Virus record (IMG/VR): IMGVR_UViG_3300045988_165663
Coordinates: 1 to 36,691 of that record
Reading direction: 5' to 3' (one strand)
Origin: a virus
Length of the DNA stretch: 36,691 nt
Below are positions 1 through 7,530 of this stretch, piece by piece. Below the pieces are notes generated by a model. It was not told where the DNA came from and did no database searches. It worked only from the letters and a program-made list of their open reading frames with translations. Each line of letters begins with the position of its first letter. Within the stretch, counting starts at the first letter, position 1. Position numbers and translations under genes: made by a program.

Positions 1-607
1 ACAGCACTTGAACTATTACCAGCCCTTTATAAGCATGATAGAAGCAAACACAGACGAGCCTTTAGCAGCGACCGCTTACAAATCATGGTGGGCTTTAGAT
101 GGTAACCCGCTTTTTGGAACCATCACAAGGCTATCAAATGCAGGGCTTACAGCACAAACGCCTAGCGGATATTTAGAGATAGGGGGGGCTACTCCAAATG
201 CAAAATATAACTTTAACGATTATCCGCGTGTAAAGAGAGCTATACAAGCCGGATATGCCAGCGAGTTTTTTACAAACAACAACGACGATACATTTAGCAT
301 TGTGGATTTAAGAGGGCGATTCTTTAGGATATGGAGTAACGGCGGGGATATTGATAGTGCTAGGACTTTTAACACATTGCAAGGCGATGCAATAAGGGAT
401 TTTAATATTACACAAGATGGCAATAATAGAGCCTTTAACTTTCCTAATGGAGGTAATTATTGGGTAGCACCAACCTCAAATGCATTTATCCTAGGTCAAA
501 TGTCAATTTACGGCAAACCTAGCAGAGCAGGGGTGCCAACAACAAGTGGTGCTAACGCAGAGAATAGACCTTATAACTTCAACATTCGAATGTTTATAAA
601 AGTTTGA
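1..607 (+). CDS. tail fibre / receptor-binding protein, C-terminal part (gene wraps the circular junction; N-terminal part is 36235..36572)
   Basis: ORF-track ORF 8..607 is the in-frame continuation of the ORF opening at ATG 36235 (36580-36235=345, divisible by 3). It is the last gene of the baseplate/tail operon. The sequence is Gly/Asn-rich and fibre-like. The combined product is about 314 aa. Confidence 0.55.
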   Translation, partial: QHLNYYQPFISMIEANTDEPLAATAYKSWWALDGNPLFGTITRLSNAGLTAQTPSGYLEIGGATPNAKYNFNDYPRVKRAIQAGYASEFFTNNNDDTFSIVDLRGRFFRIWSNGGDIDSARTFNTLQGDAIRDFNITQDGNNRAFNFPNGGNYWVAPTSNAFILGQMSIYGKPSRAGVPTTSGANAENRPYNFNIRMFIKV

Positions 608-619
608 TACAATTGCAAC

Positions 620-670
620 GGCTAAGGGTAGCTCCTTTATAAGAACCTCACACTCTCAAATCCCTTAGCC
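620..670 (+). terminator. stem-loop after the tail fibre gene (GGCTAAGGG ... CCCTTAGCC, perfect 9-bp inverted repeat, about 33-nt loop)
   Basis: Perfect inverted repeat at 620..628 and 662..670 read directly from the sequence, 13 nt after the stop at 605..607. No U-tract follows, so function as an intrinsic terminator is uncertain. Confidence 0.3.
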
Positions 671-713
671 ACTCCAAAGCATAGCAACACTTAAAAAATC
701 TATAAACCTTTTT

Positions 714-789
714 TAGTAATTAAGTATTAATTAAGTTAAACATATATATAATTACAGCACTTTAAAGAAAAACTTATAAAGGAGCTTAA
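714..789 (+). promoter_or_regulatory. reiterated promoter/RBS cassette copy 1 (TATAAT at 747..752; AAAGGAGCT RBS; ATG 790)
   Basis: Shares the motif ...TTAAGTATTA...TATAATTACAG...ATAAAGGAGCTnnnATG with the copies at 5224, 6766, 7482, 9000, 12068 and 13053. Confidence 0.5.
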
Positions 790-1170
790 ATGGCAGTTAA
801 AATAGAACGCTACCCAGATGGTAGCATCTTTAAAAAGATAGAATACACAAACAGCAAAAGAAACCGAGTTGAAACACACTACAACAGCAACGGAGGCATC
901 TTTATTATAAATACATTCAAAAATAACAAGATGCACGGAGTCCAAAAAGTGTTTCGTGATGGTGGTGGGATTATGATGGAAACCCCTTATGTGAATGATA
1001 TGCCACACGGAGTCTCTATACTTTATGATAAAGATGGAAGCATTAAAGGCACAATTACCTATGAAAAAGGCAAAGAGGTTAATATCCAAAAATTCAAAAA
1101 AAGAGGCCTAAGTAGCGTGGTATTACAGCAAAAATATTCACAAGCGGTTAAATTGGTAAATAAACAATGA
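790..1170 (+). CDS. MORN-repeat (YwqK-like) protein, paralogue 1
   Basis: Repeated (Y/F)xxNGx...(H/N)G(x)xxxYxxxGxxxxxxxYxxG units (HYNSNGGIF..., MHGVQKVFRDGG..., PHGVSILYDKDGSI). Strong RBS and promoter cassette upstream. Confidence 0.6.
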   Translation: MAVKIERYPDGSIFKKIEYTNSKRNRVETHYNSNGGIFIINTFKNNKMHGVQKVFRDGGGIMMETPYVNDMPHGVSILYDKDGSIKGTITYEKGKEVNIQKFKKRGLSSVVLQQKYSQAVKLVNKQ

Positions 1171-1292
1171 AAGAATTTTTCGAACAATCGCTAATGTATC
1201 TCTTTGCAGGTTTTACAATAGGTGGAGTTGTTGTAGTCAGTATTTTTGCTATTTGTGCGGTTGTAATACTATTAAGACAAGATAAGGATTAA
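1167..1292 (+). CDS. small membrane protein (41 aa), ATGA-overlapped with upstream gene
   Basis: Missing from the ORF track (below 60 aa). ATG 1167 overlaps stop 1168..1170 and the stop is TAA 1290..1292. Single hydrophobic helix. Shares the LxYLFAGxxxGxxxV motif with the next gene. Confidence 0.35.
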   Translation: MKEFFEQSLMYLFAGFTIGGVVVVSIFAICAVVILLRQDKD

Positions 1293-1301
1293 CAAGTAAT
1301 A

Positions 1302-1505
1302 ATGAAAGAAATCTTGGATATTATAGGAATAGAGCTTATATATCTCTTTGCAGGGATTATGGGAGTTTCATTGCTAGTTGGAATATGCCTAGCAGTCGGT
1401 GCATCTTATTATTATTTATTCGATTATTTTATAATGGCGACTCTCATGATTATGTTAGTTATTGTGGTTTTTATGATAGGCATAGCTATCCATAAATTAC
1501 TATAA
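1302..1505 (+). CDS. small membrane protein (67 aa, 2 TM), paralogue of 1167..1292
   Basis: Hydrophobic throughout. Shares the N-terminal motif IYLFAGIMGVSLLVG with the preceding mini-gene. Confidence 0.45.
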   Translation: MKEILDIIGIELIYLFAGIMGVSLLVGICLAVGASYYYLFDYFIMATLMIMLVIVVFMIGIAIHKLL

Positions 1506-1518
1506 ACAAGGATTAGCA

Positions 1519-2058
1519 ATGAAAATCTTTTTGGATAGATTTAAGATAAGCGATAAACAAGACAGCAAAGGCGAGCTTAGCACTATAGGCAATTTCTACA
1601 TACTTGATAACGATGGCAAAGAGATTTTTAGGTGCTACAGCGTAGAAAACAACGCGCCCTCAAGTGATGAGAGTGGTAGAGACCATAGGATAATGCCACG
1701 CGTTTATAGCTTGCAATGGAATTTCACAAAAACAAGCGTAGCAAAAGAGGGCTTTAGAAATGTGGATTTTGAGAGCGTTAAAGCTTTGGTAAAAGAATCC
1801 TATCACAACCGCTACCATGAATTTCATTCTAAGCATCTTGGAATCCAGCTAATAACCGATGAGGTAAAGGGCTTTAATGAAAGATGGATTTTTATACATA
1901 TTGCAAATAGTGGCAAGGATATTGACGGGTGCATCGGATTAGGTTATAGCTTAACCGAGATTGGAGTAGCACAATCTACACAAGCAACACAAGACTTTTA
2001 TAATATAGTGCATAAAGCCAACATAAGCGATTTTACCTTAGAGATTAAAGACTTCTAA
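1519..2058 (+). CDS. hypothetical protein with conserved His...GCIG motif (possible Cys/His hydrolase or L,D-transpeptidase-like fold)
   Basis: ORF of 179 aa with RBS AAGGA. Motif FIHIANSGKDIDGCIGLGYS resembles the H...GC catalytic signature of YkuD-like enzymes. The assignment is speculative. Confidence 0.45.
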   Translation: MKIFLDRFKISDKQDSKGELSTIGNFYILDNDGKEIFRCYSVENNAPSSDESGRDHRIMPRVYSLQWNFTKTSVAKEGFRNVDFESVKALVKESYHNRYHEFHSKHLGIQLITDEVKGFNERWIFIHIANSGKDIDGCIGLGYSLTEIGVAQSTQATQDFYNIVHKANISDFTLEIKDF

Positions 2059-2078
2059 ATAGCCTTGCTTTAATGCTT

Positions 2079-2107
2079 GCTTCTCTTTTGCTTCTCTTTT
2101 GCTTCTC
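2079..2107 (+). repeat. 11-bp tandem repeat GCTTCTCTTTT x about 2.7
   Basis: Read directly in the intergenic region after the stop at 2056..2058. Confidence 0.6.
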
Positions 2108-2190
2108 ATAATTCTATAATCAAATATTATTTTAAGCTTCTTTTAAAGTATAAATAATTATTATACAGGCAACAAAATAAAGGAGTTTAT

Positions 2191-2787
2191 ATGGAGTTAA
2201 TAGATACAAAAGTATTTGCATTAGATAAAGTAAAATTTGAAGTTAAAGTCAAGATGATTGACAATTATCCGTCTTTTCTAAGCCTTTGTGAGATAGCTAA
2301 AGCAGTGGATAATGATTTTAATGCAGACAATTACTTCAACCAAAAGGATTTTTTGGACTTCTTAAAGGACTTAGAAAAATTGGATTATCCAGCGTTTGAG
2401 TTTGAAAAGACGCCTTATAGCTTTAGAATATGGACTCATCCATTTGTATTTATAAAGACTTTGCACGATGCAGGGATAGAGACACAATACTTTTTAAAGA
2501 AACAATGGCTTATGAAAGCTATTTTGAACTTTAGATACCCATCGGCTAATAGCAACTATAAAGAGAATCTTTACGCTTTGGTAAATAGCCTTTTATCAAA
2601 TGCCAGTGAAATAGCATTGTTTGAGAGATTTAAGAAAGAAACCGAAACACATATAACATACAAGCAGGAAAGAATACACGACTTAACCTATGGCGCAATA
2701 CATACCTTTAAGAGCTTGGAGCTAGGATTAGAACTAGGCATTGAACTCTACAAAGAGAGCTTAAAAGGCAATATAGCATTATCCTGA
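2191..2787 (+). CDS. hypothetical protein (198 aa)
   Basis: Clean ORF with an AAAGGAG RBS and a variant promoter cassette upstream. No recognisable motif. Confidence 0.5.
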   Translation: MELIDTKVFALDKVKFEVKVKMIDNYPSFLSLCEIAKAVDNDFNADNYFNQKDFLDFLKDLEKLDYPAFEFEKTPYSFRIWTHPFVFIKTLHDAGIETQYFLKKQWLMKAILNFRYPSANSNYKENLYALVNSLLSNASEIALFERFKKETETHITYKQERIHDLTYGAIHTFKSLELGLELGIELYKESLKGNIALS

Positions 2788-2873
2788 TTTTGTAAAACAA
2801 GCTATTTTAAAAGAATTCGAACTATCCACTTTATGCGTGGGTAGCTTTGATAAAAGCATGTAAATTAAACTTA

Positions 2874-2882
2874 CCCCCCCCC
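2874..2882 (+). repeat. poly-C homopolymer (C9) in the promoter region upstream of the KilA-N gene
   Basis: ttaCCCCCCCCCttag read directly. Sits about 105 bp upstream of ATG 2988 in an extremely AT-rich intergenic region. Confidence 0.8.
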
Positions 2883-2987
2883 TTAGAAACATCAAAAAAA
2901 AGTAATTAAAAAAATTAAAATTTAAATAAACTTTTATAAAAGTTATTATAAAATTCTAATTTTAAACTTATATTTAAAGGGATAAGC

Positions 2988-3629
2988 ATGACTACTGAAG
3001 TTATAATGCAAAGAGAGCTATTGGGTGATTTTGTAAGCCAAAAAAGCAAAAGTGGATTTTTTAGTGCTACCGATTTATTTAGAGTTGGCAATAAATGGAG
3101 ATTAGCAAATGGGTTTGATTCTAAAACAATGCAAGATTATTTGCAGACAAAAAATGCAAAAGAGTTTATTGCAGAGCTAAAAACTAAAAACAACGGCGAA
3201 ACGCCTTTAATTAGCGGTAGGGGTAGGGGGCATCATAGCTGGGTGCATCCTCTTTTGTTTATAGATATGGCATTGTGGATTAATCCAAAGCTAAAGATTG
3301 AAGTATATGAGTGGCTTTTTGATAGCCTTTTACAATATAGAAACAACAGCGGGGATAGCTTTAAGAAAATGTGCGGGGCTTTACTTATAAGAGCAAACCA
3401 AACCGATTTTATAAAAAACATACAGAAGCTATGCAAACTCATACAAGTGGAGTGCGGGGTTAGTGATTGGAATAATGCAACACAAGAGCAACTAAGGTTA
3501 AGGGATAGAATCCACGAAAACATAGCCTTATTGGCAGATGTGCTAAACAATAACAAAGAAGCAATAAGGCTAGGAATCTACAAAGCAAAGAATAAAGACA
3601 ATAAAATAGACTATTCTCAAATGGTGTAG
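2988..3629 (+). CDS. KilA-N domain DNA-binding protein (anti-repressor/Bro-like)
   Basis: N-terminal FSATDLFRVGNKW...SWVHPLLFIDMALWINPKLKIEVYEW matches the KilA-N/APSES fold signature. Confidence 0.75.
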   Translation: MTTEVIMQRELLGDFVSQKSKSGFFSATDLFRVGNKWRLANGFDSKTMQDYLQTKNAKEFIAELKTKNNGETPLISGRGRGHHSWVHPLLFIDMALWINPKLKIEVYEWLFDSLLQYRNNSGDSFKKMCGALLIRANQTDFIKNIQKLCKLIQVECGVSDWNNATQEQLRLRDRIHENIALLADVLNNNKEAIRLGIYKAKNKDNKIDYSQMV

Positions 3630-3771
3630 CAAAATACTACGCAGGGGTAGAAAATGGGATGGCTATACATATTTAATATGTAGATGGTGCATGTTTAACA
3701 TGTATCCTTTGCAAGATTTAGTTTTCTTTAAGTAAATATTACATATAATTAAGCATTACTACATTCTAGTA

Positions 3772-3819
3772 AGCGGGTTCTACAAAGGCTTGCGAGTGCC
3801 TGCTACCAGCCCGCTTTTT
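3772..3819 (+). terminator. rho-independent terminator-like hairpin (AAGCGGG...CCCGCTT + TTTTT)
   Basis: GC-rich stem 3772..3778 / 3808..3814 followed by a T5 run, downstream of the KilA-N gene. The loop is long (about 30 nt) and contains an internal GGC/GCC stem. Confidence 0.45.
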
Positions 3820-3832
3820 AGAGTGTAGATTT

Positions 3833-4234
3833 ATGGTAGTGAAACTCGCAACTTCACTTACTACTACACTACTTCTTTTTACACGCGGAAAGATTTTTAC
3901 AATGTATAACTTAATTCAAAATACACTAGGAGATACTAGCTTTGTTATGCTAAACAAGGCAGTTATTAAGGAATTAGGATTGCACGAAGCAGTAGTGCTA
4001 GGCTTTTTTGCAGATAGATGGGCTTATTTTGAACACGCGGATTTTTACTACATGATACATCAAGTATCAAACGATACCGGCTTAAGTGAGAGAGAATGCA
4101 GAAACATTATCAGCAAGCTAGTAGATAAAGGCATTTTAGTTAAGACGGGGTTTAGAGGCGCGCCTCCTAAGCAATTTTACAATCTTAACAAAGATGCGCT
4201 TATTAAGTATGAGGGGGCTTGGCATGTTGAATAA
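3833..4234 (+). CDS. winged-helix protein paralogous to the N-terminal domain of the replication protein (alternative start ATG 3902)
   Basis: VIKELGLHEAVVLGFF...ISKLVDKGILVKTGF aligns with VAKRLGIVEAVLLHNI...LKQLVDDGWLIKDNF of the 4273 gene. Confidence 0.5.
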   Translation: MVVKLATSLTTTLLLFTRGKIFTMYNLIQNTLGDTSFVMLNKAVIKELGLHEAVVLGFFADRWAYFEHADFYYMIHQVSNDTGLSERECRNIISKLVDKGILVKTGFRGAPPKQFYNLNKDALIKYEGAWHVE

Positions 4235-4272
4235 AAAACTACAAAAAAATTTCACAATCAAGGAGTTTTAGC

Positions 4273-5226
4273 ATGAGCTATCACATGTTTAATACACAAG
4301 TAGCCAAAAGATTGGGGATAGTGGAAGCAGTTTTGCTACACAATATCCAGTTTTGGATAGATAAAAATAGAGTGAATGAGAAGCACTTTTACAAGGGCAG
4401 ATATTGGACTTATAACTCTGCAAAGGCATTTTCAGAATTATTCGAGTATTTATCAGACAGACAAATAAGCAGGGCATTGAAGCAATTGGTAGATGATGGG
4501 TGGCTTATTAAAGACAATTTTAATACTAACCCATTTGACAGAACTAATTGGTATGCCTTAACCGATAAATACTACAACGAATTTATGAGTCAGAATGGAG
4601 TAGAGAATAGTTGCGAACCGATACACAAAACAAAGGACGCCGATTTGCCAAAAATGGTAAATGGTAAAACAAAAAGTGGCAATTCTTATATAGATACAGA
4701 TATTAAACCAGATATTAAAAGAGCAGATATAAACACAAATATAAACACAGATTCTCACGCGAAAACACAAAAAGACATAGCAGATTCTTTGTTTGGTTTT
4801 TTTGGTTTTGAAAGTGAAAATTCAGTTTCTGCCTCTAAAGCAAAAGAGAAACAAGACGACTTAGAAAGCTTAGAGAATGAATTTAATCAGATTTGGGAGA
4901 TATATCCAAAAAAGCAAGATAAACAAGCAGCGCTTAATAGCTATATAAAAGCCAGAAAGGGGTCAAAAATCGCTTTAAATAGTAGAGGTAATACCAAAGT
5001 AGCCTCTCAATCATTTGAAACGATTTTAAAGGGCGTTAGAAACTATTTAAGAGCTAATAGAGGAGTCGAGATTAAGTTTATTAAGCACTTAAGCACATTT
5101 CTTAATCAGCAGGCATATTTGGATTTTCAAGGTGAGGTTAATTTAAATCGGCGCGTTGGAGTTGTAGATAACCACGAGGACTATATAAACGCGGATAAGA
5201 GCATATATATCCCCAAACCTAAATAA
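4273..5226 (+). CDS. replication initiation / replisome-organiser protein (N-terminal wHTH, DnaD-like)
   Basis: wHTH N-domain, position immediately upstream of the DnaC-like loader, and internal iteron-like repeats at 4680..4760. Confidence 0.55.
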   Translation: MSYHMFNTQVAKRLGIVEAVLLHNIQFWIDKNRVNEKHFYKGRYWTYNSAKAFSELFEYLSDRQISRALKQLVDDGWLIKDNFNTNPFDRTNWYALTDKYYNEFMSQNGVENSCEPIHKTKDADLPKMVNGKTKSGNSYIDTDIKPDIKRADINTNINTDSHAKTQKDIADSLFGFFGFESENSVSASKAKEKQDDLESLENEFNQIWEIYPKKQDKQAALNSYIKARKGSKIALNSRGNTKVASQSFETILKGVRNYLRANRGVEIKFIKHLSTFLNQQAYLDFQGEVNLNRRVGVVDNHEDYINADKSIYIPKPK

Positions 5227-5288
5227 TAATTAAGTAAAGATTAAGAATAAATAATTATAATACACACAAAAACAAAAGGGGCTTATAA
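5224..5288 (+). promoter_or_regulatory. promoter/RBS cassette copy (TATAAT 5256..5261)
   Basis: TAATTAAGTAAAGATTAAGAATAAATAATTATAAT... shared with the other copies. Confidence 0.45.
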
Positions 5289-5555
5289 ATGGCATTTCAT
5301 AGAGATGGATTTACCGGTATCAAAAAGATTTATCGCGACAATGGCAGGTTATATTGTGAGGTAGAGTGTAAAGATGGAAAATTTAACGGCATCTACAAGG
5401 TTTATTATGAGAACAGAAAGCTAAGCCGTTTTTATTTGTATAAAGATGGCTTAAGGCATGGGACTTGTAGGGATTATGATGCCAAAGAGAGGCTAATTAG
5501 AGAGAGAGTATATCAAGATGGAGTCTTAATAAGTCAAAGGGATATTGTATGGTAA
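5289..5555 (+). CDS. MORN-repeat (YwqK-like) protein, paralogue 2
   Basis: IYRDNGRLYCEVECKDGKFNGIYKVYYENRKL...YKDGLRHGTCRDYD repeats. Confidence 0.6.
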   Translation: MAFHRDGFTGIKKIYRDNGRLYCEVECKDGKFNGIYKVYYENRKLSRFYLYKDGLRHGTCRDYDAKERLIRERVYQDGVLISQRDIVW

Positions 5556-6247
5556 AGGTAGCAGAAGTAGCAAAGGCTTCAGAAGTAACGACGCTAAAAT
5601 GCCAAAAGCATGGTATAGAGTTTCAGGGTAGGCTATTGCTAAATAGAATCAAAATCGGTTGTCCTAAATGCAGGGAAGAGGACGAGAGAAAAATAAGAGA
5701 GAGGGAGGAGGCTAAAATCAAAGCAAAAAACGAGGAGTTGCAACGATTTAAGGATTTTAGGATTAAGCATAGCGGTTTGCCTAAAAAGCTAATAGAAACA
5801 AAAGCTAAATACACGCAGAATTTCAGGCGGTTTTCAGAGCACTTAATAGAGCTAAAAAATAATCTCTTTCTTTGTGGTGGTATAGGAACTGGTAAGACTA
5901 TGTTTTGTGCAGAGCTTATTAAGAGAAACACAGAGAAGTATCCCATGTATTTTTTGGCATGCGATTTAGCCTATTTATCAAACACAAAGAAGCAGGATTT
6001 TATAAAGAGCCTAGATATATGCGAGCTTTTTATCCTTGATGAGATTAGCGATATAGGCTTAATTGATGAGAGCTTTTTTAATCTTGTAATAGATAAGCTA
6101 TACAATCAAGATTGTATTATTGTGCTTAGTGGCAATGTGAAAAATGATTATTTAAACTCTTTAAGCCTTAAGGTGTTGTCAAGGCTAAACACTAACGGCT
6201 TAAAAGTATGCGAGTTTAATGGAAACGATTTAAGGGTTAAAAAATAA
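5549..6247 (+). CDS. DnaC/IstB-like AAA+ helicase-loader ATPase with N-terminal Zn-ribbon
   Basis: Walker A LCGGIGTGKTMF, Walker B ELFILDEISD, CxxH...CPKC near the N-terminus. ATG overlaps the upstream stop. Confidence 0.8.
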   Translation: MVKVAEVAKASEVTTLKCQKHGIEFQGRLLLNRIKIGCPKCREEDERKIREREEAKIKAKNEELQRFKDFRIKHSGLPKKLIETKAKYTQNFRRFSEHLIELKNNLFLCGGIGTGKTMFCAELIKRNTEKYPMYFLACDLAYLSNTKKQDFIKSLDICELFILDEISDIGLIDESFFNLVIDKLYNQDCIIVLSGNVKNDYLNSLSLKVLSRLNTNGLKVCEFNGNDLRVKK

Positions 6248-6765
6248 TGGAATCTGGACAATTCTTTTTATCCGCGCTAGAAATAGAATCGCTGGTCTCT
6301 TATTTTTATAGATTGTTTGATAACAATAAAGACACGCAAGACTATATTTACACTTGCGAAAAGCCCGCTACAAAACAAGATGTAACGATAAGATTTAAAG
6401 ATGGCATCTTAAGCGTGTGGCTTAATGAGAATGGTAACCCCGCCTCTTTATTGTCAGAGTTTGATACAAAAGAGCTTATTTTAACAATACATGCCGGCGG
6501 GATAACCGATACATTAAGACAATCTATTTTCTCTCAATCTATAAGAGGGTGTATCGAACAAGCAATACTAAAGAAATATGGCTACAAGGTTTATTTTGCA
6601 AGGAATCAAGTCAAAAGACGCGATGTTGTATATTGCCAGTGTAGCATCTTGAACGATAAAGGTGGCTTTGTTATAAAGAAATTCAGAATCTATCCAACAT
6701 CCCCGCTTTACTTTAGGTTTGACTTAAAGAAACTCACTATAGAAAATTTACACGAAAACATATAA
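6247..6765 (+). CDS. hypothetical protein (172 aa)
   Basis: ATGA overlap with the DnaC-like gene (translationally coupled). No motif recognised. Confidence 0.5.
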   Translation: MESGQFFLSALEIESLVSYFYRLFDNNKDTQDYIYTCEKPATKQDVTIRFKDGILSVWLNENGNPASLLSEFDTKELILTIHAGGITDTLRQSIFSQSIRGCIEQAILKKYGYKVYFARNQVKRRDVVYCQCSILNDKGGFVIKKFRIYPTSPLYFRFDLKKLTIENLHENI

Positions 6766-6828
6766 TTAAATATTATTTAAGAATAAATAGTTATAATTAC
6801 ATCGCAATTAAATATAAAGGAGCTAAAA
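6766..6828 (+). promoter_or_regulatory. promoter/RBS cassette, near-consensus copy (TTAAGAATAAATAGTTATAATTACA; TATAAT 6792..6797)
   Basis: Almost identical over about 40 bp to the copy at 12068..12130. Confidence 0.55.
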
Positions 6829-7143
6829 ATGGAAATTTTAGAAAAAATTGCAGAAAAGGTAAATGGGAAGGTTTGGATTAAGCATGGCAAGCAAAGAATT
6901 TATTTTAAAACTGATAAATCCGCTAGCGCTTACCTTGATTATGAAGTCATGCCAAAAAGTGATAATGGTGCAGAAGCTTTAAACAATTCAAGTTTAAAGG
7001 TTTTTAGCGATTGTCAATCACAAAGCGTCGCTTGGAATGTAAATCGTGCCAAACAGATTAAATTTGAAATTATTAGAAAATTAAATGCGTTGCTTGGTTT
7101 GAATTTGGATTTGCCTAAAAAATGGCAAGAAGTTATTTTGTAA
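6829..7143 (+). CDS. hypothetical protein (104 aa)
   Basis: ORF with consensus cassette and RBS upstream. Confidence 0.5.
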   Translation: MEILEKIAEKVNGKVWIKHGKQRIYFKTDKSASAYLDYEVMPKSDNGAEALNNSSLKVFSDCQSQSVAWNVNRAKQIKFEIIRKLNALLGLNLDLPKKWQEVIL

Positions 7144-7156
7144 GAGGGGTTGAATC

Positions 7157-7483
7157 ATGAGAAAGCTTAACCTAAAGCAACAAGTTATAAACGAATATTA
7201 TGCCAGCGGTCAGATTATGAACATATGCGAATATGTGAATAATAAAAAAAATGGCTGGGATATTTGGTTTCATGAAAACGGCAATAAATGGATAGAAGCA
7301 GAATATAAAGACGATATACAACACGGCTTAGAGAGATACTACGACAACCAAGGGATTATAATATATGAGAGGCCATATAAAAACGATGAGATAGATGGGA
7401 CAGAGCGGTGGTTTGATGAGTTTGGAAATGTAATAAAAGAATATGAGTATAGAGATTCTGTCCGGCAATTAAGCAAAGGTTAA
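7157..7483 (+). CDS. MORN-repeat (YwqK-like) protein, paralogue 3
   Basis: WFHENGNKWIEAEYKDDIQHGLERYYDNQGIIIYERPYKNDEIDGTERWFDEFGNV is a textbook MORN variant repeat. Confidence 0.65.
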   Translation: MRKLNLKQQVINEYYASGQIMNICEYVNNKKNGWDIWFHENGNKWIEAEYKDDIQHGLERYYDNQGIIIYERPYKNDEIDGTERWFDEFGNVIKEYEYRDSVRQLSKG

Positions 7484-7530
7484 GTAATAATTATTTATAA
7501 TGTTAATCTAATTTATATAAAGGAGCTTAT
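7482..7530 (+). promoter_or_regulatory. promoter/RBS cassette copy (TATAAT 7496..7501)
   Basis: TAAGTAATAATTATTTATAAT...ATAAAGGAGCTTATATG. Confidence 0.45.

Noticed and set aside
3630-3832. tRNA or small RNA in the 200-bp gap after the KilA-N gene
   Set aside because: No cloverleaf could be folded. There is no acceptor-stem/T-loop pairing and no GTTC-like T-loop motif. The hairpin plus T5 at 3772..3819 is better explained as a terminator.
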